A DNA stretch of 63,951 nucleotides from Psammoneis japonica (Eukaryota): assembly GCA_008632985.1 (NCBI GenBank), contig QPGO01000126.1:62050-126000 (forward strand), written 5' to 3'. A program made the position numbers and the translations under genes. Of the stretch, positions 21,101 through 33,789 are shown in pieces; position 1 is the stretch's first letter, and every line of letters starts with the position of its first letter. Under the pieces are notes generated by a model, which saw only the letters and a program-made list of their open reading frames with translations, was not told the DNA's origin and did not search any database.

Positions 21101-24100
21101 GCAAGTTACGGTTGAGCAAGACGAATGTAATGTAGTTTCTCCCGATGATCAAGTCGCATGTGTTTTTCCGCCAATCGCAGAAGCAGAAAAGCTTTCCGAG
21201 AGGGAATTACTTCCACCAAAAATAAGTGTCCTCGATGGCAGTGTCTCAGAGGATCGGGGAGACAATGGGCGTGATATTCTCGATGAAGATCATCTTCAAA
21301 ACGACACGGCAACAAGGGGCGAAGTCGCGTCAAGGGAAAAATGGCAGAGTCACCAGGAAGAGGAGGAGGGGGCACCAGTTCCTGTCTCAGTTGAACCTAA
21401 ACCCAAACCAGCTTTGCTGTCGGATGGAGAAAATTGGGGTGGGATCGATGATCTGGGTGGTGATGACTCGTCCGAAAAGGGTCAAATCATAACGCCGGAC
21501 ACAAAAGCTACCGTCGAGGAAGGCGAGCTCGAGTGCGATTTTCCGCCACAGCCAGCTGCAGAAACGCCCGGGCACACAGAAACGGAAGCAGCACCGCCAA
21601 AAATCAATTATCCCATTGAAGCAGCTTGTTCATCAGAAAATGAAGATTGGGACGATGCTCTTGATAGCATTGACGACATCAGAGCTTTAGGTTCGTCCGA
21701 AGAAGCCCCGACAGAAACAGAGCAGCAGCTTGCATTCATGGAGGAAGGGATCGTTGCTAGTTCTGACGGGAGTCCTTATAGAGTTGTCGCTACAACTGAT
21801 GAAGACACAGGCGAGGTGTATATGACGCCCAAAAATTCGACCGCGGAGTCTGTGCGTGATATAGCACTGGAAGTACACTCTGAAATATCTGCAGCCGCTG
21901 AAGGCACCCCATGCGAGTGCACTCGCCTTTCCCGAGAAGGAAGCAGGGAACACTTTACTTGTCCATGCATTTCAAAATACATCCTAGAGACGAAAAGCAC
22001 TAAAGTGGTCCCGGTTGACGAAGTGGACTACCCAAAGCTATTAAGGGATGAAATTGCCAAACGCATGCTGCTAGAGGAGGAACTAAAGGCTTGCTACAGT
22101 ATAATCGATTCTTACACGCAAAAGGAAACTACCGACGAGACCGATACAGAAGATGCGCCATCGCAGCAGGTAGGAGAGGATACGTTGGAGGAAGATTCTC
22201 GGCTCACGAAAGAAGAGAAGCAACGAGAACGCTCAACTGAATTAGTTAACACGTCTCTGAATGTGCTGAGAGGAGTCGGAGCATCCAAGGATAACCTTAT
22301 TTCTGAAAGACACCAAAACGTGTCGGAAGTTGAGGAGTTGAATGAGACTGTTGAACAGCTGTCGTCTGACTTTTCAAGCTGCATGGAGCAACTTGCGTGC
22401 AAACACGAAGAACAAGCTGTGTCATTGACTAGGGCAAAGAGCGACGTTCGACGGCAGGTTCAAGAAAGGATGGCGGTGGCTCGTATGTATCATGAGGTAT
22501 TGCAAGCCATGGCGCAGCGGGTGTCTCGTTCCGACGAAGAGCTTCATTTGCTACGTGACGGACTCACAGATTCAAATGCAGCTGAGCTCGAGACTCTGCA
22601 AGACTTGTGTCGGCAGTATGAAAACCTGTTGATGGCACCGCGCAGAGCTTTTGAGAAGGCCAACGAATTATATCACAGTGTTGACGCCTTGTCAGTAGAG
22701 TTGTCTCAAGAAATGGACGTACGTGAGAGTCGGAACGAAGCGAAGCTTGGGTCAATCATGGAAGAACGAGATGAACTTGGACGACAGCTGGCTAAACGAT
22801 ACACCTTGGCCCGGACCCATGACCAACTTTTACGATCCATGGCATTGCAGGTGTCATATCGCGATGACGAGCTGCGGACGTTACGGGCGGAACAAGGTAG
22901 CTCTTCCGAGCTCGTACAAGAGATTCTAGAGGACATAAAGCGTCTGGCAGAACAACAAGACACTCTGAGCGAGACGCAGAAGCGGGCGTTGGAGAAATGC
23001 ATTACGCTGGAGCAAAATGTAGATAATATTTCGACAGACTTTTCACAGCATTCATATCTCGGCAACGACAAGCTGATGGCCTTGGAAAAAGAACGCGATA
23101 CGTTGCGGTCGCAACTTCTTGCAAACTTCTCTATTGCCCACAGACAGCACGAGCTACTCGAGGCCGTTGTGCATCAAGTCTCTTGTCGCGACGATGAATT
23201 GATGTCTTTGCGGTCGCGTCAAAAGAATGATCATGGCCAGGTGACTCGGACGCTGGAAGAGCTGAAGAACCTGGCTGAAGAGAGTCGTGCTATGATGGAT
23301 GTGCAACAACAGGGCTTAAACAAGTTTGGTGAATTGGATGAGTTCGTAGATAAGGTGACTCAAGAATCACATGTGTTGGAGGATCAGTATGAAGAGAGGC
23401 TTTTGGTACTTGAACAAGAACGGAACGAGCTGCAACTGCAACTCAAACAGAGATTCGCTCTAGCCCAAAAACACCATTATATAATACAGTCGCTGACTAC
23501 AAGGCTAAATGACGAACCCGAGCAAGAATTGCAGTCATCGGAGGACAACGATATCGCAGTGGATGAGTTTCTCGGACGAGCACTAGAAGACATGAGATCG
23601 ATTAGTCAGAAAGCAAGCGAAATCTTATCGAAGCGGCGTCGAGCAGAAGTCACTGAAATAGAAGTACAGCTTGAAGAGCTGGTATCGGACGTCATGCATC
23701 AGATACGGGAGTTGACATTTGATCTCACGTTAGCGACTTCAGAAAGGGATCAACTCAGGGTGCAACTCTTGCAGATGATGGCAGCGGCAGAGACGCATCA
23801 TCGCATGTTAACTTCCCTGGCCTCCCAGATCCAGCAACGGGATGAAGAGTTGCTATCCTATTCATCTTTGCAAAAGGGAGCTCGCCATGCCATTTTGTCA
23901 GCCATTGAGGGCATGAAATGTGCTGGGCAAGAGAAGGCATCCTTCCTGTCGGAAAATCATCTAACGGCAGAGAAGGTAGATGCTATGAGCAAAGAGGTTG
24001 ATCTTCTCACATCAGATTTTTCCACTGATACTTTGAAGATGAAACAGATGTACGAAGAAAGGATTGAAGATCTCTTGAGGGAACGTCATGATCTTCAAAT

Positions 24101-25531
24101 GAGACTGGCCCAAAGGCTAGAGATATCCCAAGTGCAACATCGCCTGCTGCAGTCAATGGCGTCACTGGTGACTCCCGAGGATAGCGAATCGTCGTCGCAG
24201 ACGAAGGAACTACATGCTCTTATCACACGAGCTATGGATACTGTGGCGCATGTCGAACAAGAGAAAGCCGCGGTTGTCGATGGTCATAGCGAGGCTATGG
24301 CGCGACTCGGCAATCTCAACGAGCACGTAGACCACCTGGCGTCGGACTTGACAGCGCAAACACAGAACTGGTTGATAACTATGAAGCAAAGCTTGAATTA
24401 ATTAGAAGCGACAGGGATGATTTACGGTGGAAGGTTTCCCAACGAGATGATATTATACAGAAGAGCCATCTACTCGTTCAGTCCATGGCGTCACGCTTGT
24501 CGCAATGCGAAGAGCAGTTGCAATCTCAGCAAAATCAAATGGGCAACGACTCGACAAGTGCGCTCGAAGAGATGACGAACCTTAGAAGCGAGACTTCCTC
24601 TCTTTTCTCTGTACATTGTCAGGCTATGACAAAGGTCTGCAAACTGGAAGAGCTGATGCATCAGCTGGAGTCTGATGTTTCGAAACAAGCCTCCTCTGCC
24701 AGTAGCCACTGCCACGAAAGACTAGACACGCTTATCAGGGAGCGACATGAATTGCAAGTACAGTTCTCTCGATCAATTTCAGTTGCTCGATCGCAACATC
24801 AATTGCTGCAGTCCCTGGCGTCGAGCATATCAGCCAAAGACGAAGAATTGGAATCGGCTCGTTCGCGTGAGCAAGACGCAATCAATGAAGGCGCCAAGCA
24901 TCTACGCAAATGCTTGAGTCTCGAAGAGGAACTTGGTGCGACGCGTCAGGATCAAAACTCTCTCATGGTGGAAATACGACAGCGCGAAGAAAAAGAAATC
25001 GAACTTCGGACTAACTTAGATTTGTGTAAGCAAGAGCGAGATGCGATAGTCTCAACGAAGGCACAGCTCGAGAATGGCAACGAGGAACTGATGGCGCAGA
25101 TTGTAGAACTGGAACAGGAAATTGAATCACGAGACGCAGAGGCTGTTTCGCTTCATGCGCATATCGAAAGTCTTCAGGAAAAGGCAGTAGCCGGTAGAAA
25201 TCTCAATTCAGTGGTTGAACACCCCGAAAGCGTGCCGGTCGAGCAGAGTAATGGTACACACGAGCAGGTTGAACATCTAGAGAGCTGGCAACAAGACATT
25301 TCTCAGGTGGGCGACAGCTTTGAGCTCGACCTGGCCTTGACCGATGCGTTTGCGTTGGAAGACCCGGACGAAAAGGTTGTGGCCTTGGCGAATGCGCTTC
25401 AACGGTCCGAGCTGTCTCGGGCGGCAGCCATTGACAAGCTGCGCAAAGAACGTTCGGCGAATGCGGATAGTATCCGCCGTCTGGGCGAATCCATGAAGCG
25501 CTTCTATGCTACGCTTAGCGCAAACTCGTAG
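18149..25531 (+). CDS. Giant (about 2450 aa) acidic-repeat plus coiled-coil protein, golgin/tether-like
   Basis: ORFs 18149-18595, 18717-24401 and 24485-25531 are joined by coding-looking bridges (ETEDWGEHDLDGLDD; NYEAKLELIRSDRDDL) across apparent small frameshifts; about 15 WG(D/E)DDL.GLDDLD motifs, then long helical repeats. Confidence 0.8.
18840..19960 (+). repeat. Coding tandem repeat, about 220-bp unit with about 441-bp alternating higher-order structure
   Basis: WG(D/E)DDLAGL codons recur at about 18848, 19070, 19293, 19512, 19734; gaacgactcgaaaacgaggtagagaag recurs. Confidence 0.85.
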
Positions 25532-25587
25532 TGAAGCTAGACTAGTGTAAACACATTAGCTTTATAACATTCTGTACGGTATATTAG

Positions 25588-26647
25588 CTATAGCATACTC
25601 TTCAAGTAAAGGTAGACAAATGGAGCAGTGACAACTTGGCAATCGAGTCTATCCACAACCCCACCATGGCCTGGAATCAGGGTTCCAAAGTCTTTCTCAC
25701 CGTGAGCGCGTTTTGTGACGCTTGCCAAGAAGCCACCAAAGGGTGAAATGAGTGAAATATACGTTGCCATTACCAAAGCGTGCAATACCACCGCGGATGC
25801 ATCCGATTTGCCCACTATTTGCTTTCCCAAGGGAATGGACAACAGTGCTGTCGACAGGGTTGCACCGACGAATCCTTCCCATGTTTTCTTGGGTGAAATC
25901 ACCGGAAGCAGCGGATTTTTTCCGAAAATCATGCCAAAGACATATGCCATTGTATCATTAATAACCACAAGAAGGGCTGGATACAAGACCCACCTCAAGC
26001 CGAATTCCTTGAGGGTGGATATCCAATACGACGTGGTGTAGACCAAAACCAACAGAGCCAAGTGTCCACCAGCCGCATCACCAAGTTTAGCCTTAAAGGA
26101 CTCTGCGTCATCGCCTGGTGTGTTAAATCTACAACAAAGCTTACAATACCAATCGTTGCCATGCTGTAGCTCAACAATTTCAGCGCATCAGCTTGTTCTG
26201 TAAATAGCGCACAACCACTTGTCCCGATGCATGCATACAGAAACCACCACCATTTCGATTTCCCTTGATATGTGATACGGCTGTAGCTTCGGAAAAGAGC
26301 AGTGCTTGAATCAAAATAACCAATGCAATCACACCCTTGTCGCCCAAAATCTTGATCCAAGCGGTGAGTGCAGCAATCATAATGACAGCCGGTAGCGTTC
26401 GTTCTCGGGCATTTGCCCATTTTGCATTTGCTTGTTTTGCTGGCGGCTCTGGTGGAGCAATAGTTTGTGGTATCGTAAATTCTGGCTCTTCTGGTGTCCT
26501 TTCAGGAACTACTGGGCGAGCAGGAGCCGAAGGCGCAGCACTATTATCCGATCCACCACGTAAAACTAGGGTGCGTGAAACATACGGTGCTAAACGAGCG
26601 TCTATACACGAGATGGCAACCATAAAAAACAAACAAGTCACTCTCAT
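25588..26647 (-). CDS. CDS: Phosphatidate cytidylyltransferase (CDP-diacylglycerol synthase)
   Basis: INDTMAY, SPKKTWEGFVG, KDFGTLIPGHGGVVDRLDC; N-terminal signal peptide MRVTCLFFMVAISCIDA followed by LRGG; split by apparent frameshifts at about 26100 and 26250. Confidence 0.9.
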
Positions 26648-27084
26648 TGTTATGCTTGGTGGTGCACGCCACATCCTCACAAAAATCAATCGACAACTTT
26701 GGCGTACAGCTATCAACAACCCCCTCTTGCCTCTTGACAGCGATGAAAGTGTTGTCTTTTCTCGCAAAACGATCCGATTTTTTGATTTCCAAACCTCAAG
26801 GATCGGCAAACGTCACAAAACGCGCGTTTTCGCGCGTTTAGGAATGATTGCCCTTCTGATTTTGAAATTCAGTACTACGGCTACGTACGTCCTACGTGAG
26901 TCGGCGAAACTGCAATTCCCGCCACTTTCTCCGTACACTTTCTACGAGAGCCTACGCAAGACGCCGGGTGACGTTATTCCGCTCACGTTTTGCGCCACGC
27001 ATCAACGCGAGAGCAATTGACAGCCGCAATTTTTTCAAACAGAAGGGAATCATCCTTCGACGCATCACTCTATTCTTTGAAACC

Positions 27085-28502
27085 ATGAAGCTCGCTATCG
27101 CCGCCCTCTTCATTGCTTCGGCTTCTGCCTTTTCCTCCAATGGCATCAACCGAATCGCCAACAATGGTGTTTCGGTTGCCGGACCTGCCTTTGCTCCTTC
27201 GATTCGTCTTGCCCAAACGTGAGTTGATGTGTAATGACCGCATGCAGGGAACAAAATATCTATCGTTGAATCTTTCTATGAAAAAGCGTTCTCTTGTGCG
27301 TAATGTTGCTTTTTCTGACACTATTATTTTCTTTTAAAATCTACAGTCAGCTTGCTGCCGCCAAGCAAACTCCTCACGGTGGAGAGCTCGTTGATCTCAT
27401 GATCAAGGACGACGAAGCCAAGGAGGCTGCCATTGCCAAGTGCACCGCTGAACTTCAGCTTACTCCCCGTCAACTCTGTGATGTGGAACTCATTATGAAT
27501 GGCGGATTCTCTCCTCTTGATGGATTTATGGACGAAGCTACGTACAAGCACGTTGTGGAAAACATGGAGCTTCCCAGTGGACTCATTTTCGGTCTCCCCG
27601 TTGTGTTTGACACCGACTCGGAGGACTTGCAGCCTGGTATGACTGTCCTTCTCAAGGATGGCGATCGCCCCATTGCTACTGTTGAGTTTACGGACAAGTA
27701 CACTCCTGATAAGCCGCTTGAATGCCTCAAGTGCTACGGTACTTCAGAGATTGAACACCCTGGTGCTCTCATGGTTGCCACCGAACGCGGAAAGTACTAC
27801 ATGGGAGGAAAGGTTACCGGTCTCAACTTTCCCGTTCGTGACTTTCCTTGCAAGACTCCTGCCGAAGTTCGTGAAACCCTTCCCGATGACACGGATGTTG
27901 TTGCCTTTCAGTGCCGTAACCCCGTCCACAGGGCACACTACGAGCTCTTTACTCGTGCCCTGGACGATCCTCTTGTTGGCGAAAATGGTGTCGTCTTGGT
28001 GCACCCCACTTGCGGTCCTACTCAGGCTGATGATATTCCAGGAACCGTTCGTTACAAGACCTACGAGGTTCTCAAGGAGGAAACCCACAATGATCGCACT
28101 CGTTGGGAGTACTTGCCCTACTCCATGCACATGGCCGGACCCCGTGAGGCCATTCAACACATGATGATCCGTAAGAACTTTGGATGCACCCACTTTATCA
28201 TTGGACGCGACATGGCCGGATCCAAGTCGTCCGTTACGGGCGAAGACTTTTACGGTGCCTACGACGCCCAAGACATGGCCAAGAAAATGGCCGACAAGCT
28301 CGGTGTCACACCCGTGCCAAGTTTGAACCTTGTGTACACTGAAGAGGAGGGATATGTCACTGCCGACGAAGCAAAGGAGAAGGAATTGCATGAGAAGAAA
28401 TTGTCTGGAACCAAGTTCCGTCAAATGCTTCGCAGTGGAGACGACATTCCCGAATGGTTCGCCTTCAAGAGTGTGGTTGAGGTCTTGAGAGAAAACATCT
28501 AA
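27085..28502 (+). CDS. sat: Plastid-targeted ATP sulfurylase (sulfate adenylyltransferase), 2 exons (27085-27218, 27347-28502)
   Basis: MKLAIAALFIASASAF bipartite signal; GT-AG intron 27219-27346 keeps frame; AFQCRNPVHRAH, MHMAGPREA, HFIIGRDMAG motifs. Confidence 0.97.
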
Positions 28503-29010
28503 GGGCAAAACCGCGGAGTGCTAACTTCATGCAATATGTGAGCAGACTTTTCAAGAAGCACGTCAACACTATTATATAACCACAAACAAATACCACTCCT
28601 TCAAAGTAATAACATTAACACCGTGCAAGTTACAGTGCACAAATTGAAAGAAAAAACTGCAATGCTAGTAGGAAGGCCACAACACCGAGTACAGATAGCT
28701 AGAGGGGCTCATGACATTGCAGCAAAATGGAAAGCTTGACTTAAAGGATAACAGCCACTCCCTTTTTAGAGAGCCCGTTAGGTCTTGGGGATACTCTCTA
28801 CCCTGTCTCTATTCTCTCTCTACCGTAGAGTAGAGAATCGGTTGATCCGTGCACCGTGCACGTACAGTACGTACTGTACCGCACGGTACGAGCCGCGTAG
28901 TTTAGTTTTTGTCGTTTCGCAAAAAAAATCTGTACCGATACAGCCGGAAATCGACCGGTGTTATTAATATTGCTACTTTACATTCAGTTTCCGATTGAAC
29001 AACCGCAGCA

Positions 29011-30185
29011 ATGGAAGAGGATCCATCTGCAAGAATCATCACTGCGTTGGCTCGAGCCATACGACAGCCAGAGGAGACATTGACATCGGAGGGGGTTATC
29101 GTCGAAGTTGAACCAGGATACGAAGGATTGGCCAATGCCACAAAACTGCAGGTGTCGTTGTGGTGGAACTCAAGATTAGTTGAATTACCACCTGAGATCG
29201 GCATGTTGCACCGACTCGTTGAGTTAGACTTGAGATGTTGTAAAAATCTCCGGCGACTGCCTCCACAGATTGGGCGATTGACAAACCTCGAAGTGTTGAA
29301 CCTTCACAGATGTGAGATTCTGACGGAGTTGCCTGATGAGATTGTACAATTGACGAGCTTGAAGGAATTGCAAATGGATTATTGCGTCAACCTCGAACGA
29401 TTGCCTCGTAATTTGCATCGGCTCTCGCATCTTGAAGTTTTGAACTTGTCAGATTGTGAATGTCTCGAGGGTTTTGCCAAGTGACATTTTCCATTCAAGA
29501 AGTTTGAAAAGGATGCAGTTGTGCCGTTGCGAATCTCTCACTCGGCTTCCCCCCGGGAATTGGACAGTTGCTTCAATTGGAAGACCTCGACCTTTCTTGG
29601 TGCAACAGTCTAGCTGAAATTCCTGTTGAGATTGGTCGGCTGCCCAATCTGAAAACTCTCTCCTTGTGTGGATTGTCGTATTGTCTTCGAGAATTCTTAC
29701 AAAACATTGGCACAAGCAGTCTGTCGAATGTGACAAAATTGGAGTTGTGCTTTTGTCTTCTTGAAGAGCTACCTCCCGCGGTGGGATCACTTCAAAACCT
29801 AGAGGAACTGGATTTGCGGCACTGCAAGCAATTGACTCAAATCAGCAAAGAGGTTCTATCGATGCCGAGTCTCAAAAATCTTGATTTGCATGGTTGTTCT
29901 GCGCTCACTATTTCGCCCAACGAAATCGGAGAAGCTTCGTATTATTTGACTGATGTGTGCTTTCACACCGATGTGTTTGATGATGAAATGGACTGCTACT
30001 GCAACATGAACAATGCTGGACGACACCTGCTGCGTCGGGAAATTGAAGTTCCTGATGCTCTCTGGCGGCACGTCTTGGAGGGTCCTCGGAGCGACGAGAA
30101 CTTTGTGTTTTGGTTTCTAACGCATAACCCGAACTATGTCAGGAAACAAGTCGAAAAGAAGAAGAACCAAGAGAGTTCGTTGTGA
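29011..30185 (+). CDS. Leucine-rich repeat protein, paralogue of 2750-3895
   Basis: LRRs plus MNNAGRHLL...LWRHVLE cap; ORFs 29011-29484 and 29568-30185 bridged by LPSDIFHSRSLKRMQLCRCESLTRLP across indels at a GGG/TTTT run and a CCCCCC run. Confidence 0.85.
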
Positions 30186-30816
30186 GGACTAACGGCTCCT
30201 TGTAAAGGAAGTAAATCTAATCAATTTTAGGTAACACATCGCCTAGAGCGCTATACTGGAACTCTATAGAGCTATGTACCGGTAGCTACGGTAGCCATTT
30301 CTAGTGCACGTTACCGAACATATATTGCTTATTCCTTGCTCGTTGCATACTTGCACAAGTCGGGTTTGACTTTTGAAAAGTAATACAAAAGGTTGCAATC
30401 GGCGTTTGCGTTTTGTAACACGCGATTTCAAAGCGCGTCCGAGATATTGTCGACTCGTAGCAAGCGACGGCCGGTCTTGTTGTCACCCTGCTGTCTATAG
30501 ACACTGTAGAGTCTCTCTGACGAAAAGCTTGTTTCTTTAATTTCATCACACGAGGCATTCTGAATTTTCAATACGGAAAGCTCCTGTTGTATTCTACATA
30601 CATGATTTTCGCGTGGGAATGTACTAACCCAAACTGCCAGATTTCAATTCATGAATGACCCGGAAACCGTACTGTATTCAAAGTAGTCTTTTTACGTATG
30701 TAGAAGATACGATGACGCTCAGCATGAATTTTTCTGAATTCAAATCCAACGGCGCGAGTTCCAACGACCACTTTTTTTCTGCGGCCGGCTGTGTTGTGAT
30801 CAATTCATCATCCACC

Positions 30817-33603
30817 ATGACAAACTCCTTCTCCAAGAGCGCTCGTTTGAAATGGGTCCGTCACGAAAGCAATTGGTGGCCAGCCATTGCCTATGACAGT
30901 TATGGTCAGGCATTGCAACACGTCGGTTCTCGCGTTGGCTTCCAAACAAAAGCTCAACTCTCAATGGCTCACTTGACGTATAGCCACAAACCAGTCGCAG
31001 AGCTCATTGGCGTACAACCCCTCACGTTTATTCCCTTGCTCATCGGAGCATCCAAAGATTTTTATAACTATTTACATCAAATGACGCTACAAGCCACCAA
31101 GAAGCAGTATAAGCAGTCGTATGGAGCCTTTCAGCGTGGTATGGAGGAAACAAAGGCGATTCTCGCGAGAGAACTCAACGGAGATGATTCAGAAGAGGAG
31201 GAGGAAGAAGAAACTGAAATACAACATCAGCCAGAAGACATTATGAGTGATGACGACAACGATAATGTGAGCGTGGCTAGTCGTACCGGGTCGGCGGGTC
31301 AAGAGCCCGTGATTTATGGGACTCCCGTGTATTCTCGGGATTCGTGGGGGACGGTCTGGAACAAGATGTCGCATTCCGGATGGAGCTGGAGAGCTCGAGG
31401 TCGACACGGTGGTGTCTACTATATCAAACCCAACTGTACTGTAAAGGATGGAATAGAAGGACAAGATTACTTTACGACTATGGAGCAAGTTCAGGACTAT
31501 GCCAAGACGCATTACGGTTGGAAGGCCAGAAATGAGCCGCCAGAGACAGTCGAGGTGGATGAGTCTAGTAACGACGAAGACGAGTCTTCTGTGGAAGATA
31601 TGGATGAGGAAGGCAGCGAAGACGAAGAACATGGTTCGTCTGGGAAGAAGCGTGTACTTGAATACGCCGACGATGTGTACGATACTGAGGAGAACTTTTA
31701 CGTCTGGAAGAATCTCTGGTCGTGTCTCAAGGATGCGGGCTGGCAAGCCGTCAAGGCACGCAATCCACTTCACGACTGGTATTACGTTCGTCCCGGTAAG
31801 AGCGTCAAGGGCGGTGCATTAGGAGAAGACTACTTTCACTCAACAGAAGACGTGATTGAGTACGCCAAGAGTATTGATTTCAAAAACACCTACCACAGCA
31901 GTAGCAATTCTTCCAACAAGAGGCAAAGACGTCATGAGCTATCTCCGGTTCGTGAACCCGAATCACCGGCTGAATCGCCCGCTCCAGTGCCTGATTCCCC
32001 AGCGCGAGATCCTGAACCCGAATCGCCACCTCGTATGAATGATTCTCCTGCCCGTGTACCTGATTCGCCGGCCAGTGAGCGCTCCGAGACCCCTGATGAT
32101 AGGCCGCAGCCTCAAGATCCCGGTATTCCGCTCTTGTCTCCAGAAGACGACGACAATGTTTCGGAATCGTCCGCGGAAGAAGTGGATCGCTACGCATGGC
32201 CAATTTTGTGGCCTCATCTCAAAAAGCGGGTGGGTTGGTACGTTGTCAAGGCCACCAACCAACTGCATGATTGGTATTATGTCCGACCCGGCCGCAGCGT
32301 CAAGGGTGGCACATTGGGTGTGGATTACTTTGCCACAACAAGCGACGTGATTGAGTTTGAACGCAACGCGGATCAACAAGAGGACTCGTCGTCGCAGAAC
32401 TCTCCTCCATTGGGATTCGACTTGGATCAAGAAGCCGTTGTAGCTACTCGGAACAAGGATAGTCTTGTGGACAGCAGCGTGCCTTCCAAGATGCAGTGGT
32501 GGAAAAAAGAAGAAGTTCCAACCTTCAACGGGGAAATCTGGCCCGTACTACGCGATCAGTTAGGTTTTCGTTACAGCAACGGCAAGTATGTCTTGCCGGG
32601 AGTATCAGTCAGGAATACCAGGGCAGCAGGGGGGAATCCGTCCTTTGAACAAGACTTTTTTGTGTCCGAACACAAGATGCGATGCTATCTGTGCAAGCAT
32701 GGGATTCCCAATTTCGATGCTGTCGAAGACGACGATGACAAGGAGAATCTCTTGCGTTGGGTAACCTTTGCCAATGTACCCGTTACGCCTCAGAATTCCA
32801 TGTCCAAACTCAAAAACGTCAAGCTTATTTCGTGTCAAGGCGCTTGGAAGATACTGTCTGAGGAGGTGGGATACAAACAGACTCCTACTAGTGGTGCCTT
32901 TTCCATTACACCCTTCAGCATTGCACCCAATCATTGTTTGCATTTTGACTCTTTGAACGACGTGCGTACCTTTATCCGTTCGAGTCCCTCGTTGGATGGG
33001 TCCGACGCCATTCAGGACTTGTCCCGGTCTCAGAAAAAGTCGCTTGTCAACAAGGTTTCGCCCGAGAACGAGCTGAAGCTAAGGCTCTGGGCAGCGACAA
33101 GCACCACGGAGCTTCCCGTGTATCAGGCGAACGAAGAGAATGCTGAGGAGGAGCATTTGGAGGAAAGCGAGCAGACTAGCGATGATGAAGCGGAAGAAGC
33201 TGGCGCGGAGGGTATGGAAGAGATTGCGGAAAACGATTATCCTGTGCAAGATGCTGAAACGAAAGAAACCGATCTTGCGGAGCGCATGGAAGAGACGGCT
33301 GAAGTGCCTGTTGAAGTAGAGGTGCAGCCAGACGTCGGCGTCGATGCCCCAGCGGATGAGATGGAGGATGTTGCCCAAACATCAACGCCACAAGACAATA
33401 CACTGAACGACGGTAGTTCCAGCACGATTGCTGATACGCCCATGGATTGTTCCCAGTTTGAACAGGGCGCTGTATCCAATAGTGGGATACCAAGCTTTGC
33501 CGGCATGTTGTCAACGCAGCCATCACCTCCTTCAAAGTCACGTCGCATTACCATGGATCCTTCGTCGTACAGTGACGAAAGGAACCAATGGTCTTTGAAC
33601 TAG
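30817..33603 (+). CDS. Putative chromatin protein: PWWP/Tudor-like N-terminus plus five GW...YY.P...F repeats
   Basis: KWVRHESNWWPAIAY; repeats such as W..LW..LK..GW...LHDWYYVRPG.SVKGG.LG.DYF...DVIE; acidic linkers; KRQRR NLS-like; likely start ATG 30817. Confidence 0.7.
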   Translation: MTNSFSKSARLKWVRHESNWWPAIAYDSYGQALQHVGSRVGFQTKAQLSMAHLTYSHKPVAELIGVQPLTFIPLLIGASKDFYNYLHQMTLQATKKQYKQSYGAFQRGMEETKAILARELNGDDSEEEEEEETEIQHQPEDIMSDDDNDNVSVASRTGSAGQEPVIYGTPVYSRDSWGTVWNKMSHSGWSWRARGRHGGVYYIKPNCTVKDGIEGQDYFTTMEQVQDYAKTHYGWKARNEPPETVEVDESSNDEDESSVEDMDEEGSEDEEHGSSGKKRVLEYADDVYDTEENFYVWKNLWSCLKDAGWQAVKARNPLHDWYYVRPGKSVKGGALGEDYFHSTEDVIEYAKSIDFKNTYHSSSNSSNKRQRRHELSPVREPESPAESPAPVPDSPARDPEPESPPRMNDSPARVPDSPASERSETPDDRPQPQDPGIPLLSPEDDDNVSESSAEEVDRYAWPILWPHLKKRVGWYVVKATNQLHDWYYVRPGRSVKGGTLGVDYFATTSDVIEFERNADQQEDSSSQNSPPLGFDLDQEAVVATRNKDSLVDSSVPSKMQWWKKEEVPTFNGEIWPVLRDQLGFRYSNGKYVLPGVSVRNTRAAGGNPSFEQDFFVSEHKMRCYLCKHGIPNFDAVEDDDDKENLLRWVTFANVPVTPQNSMSKLKNVKLISCQGAWKILSEEVGYKQTPTSGAFSITPFSIAPNHCLHFDSLNDVRTFIRSSPSLDGSDAIQDLSRSQKKSLVNKVSPENELKLRLWAATSTTELPVYQANEENAEEEHLEESEQTSDDEAEEAGAEGMEEIAENDYPVQDAETKETDLAERMEETAEVPVEVEVQPDVGVDAPADEMEDVAQTSTPQDNTLNDGSSSTIADTPMDCSQFEQGAVSNSGIPSFAGMLSTQPSPPSKSRRITMDPSSYSDERNQWSLN

Positions 33604-33789
33604 GGAGTCGTGTCTTATCCACACGCTTTTTTGAAATGCGTGTGTGGTTTGGGGAAATAGTTTGTATTTACATAATGAATTTAGAATTGTATTGTATTAT
33701 AAAAAATAATGCAGCAAGTGAATGTCTTCGCCCGTCCTAAAGTATATTGACAACGGACAGTGCGTGACGGCATCGCCCTACAGTAGGGC

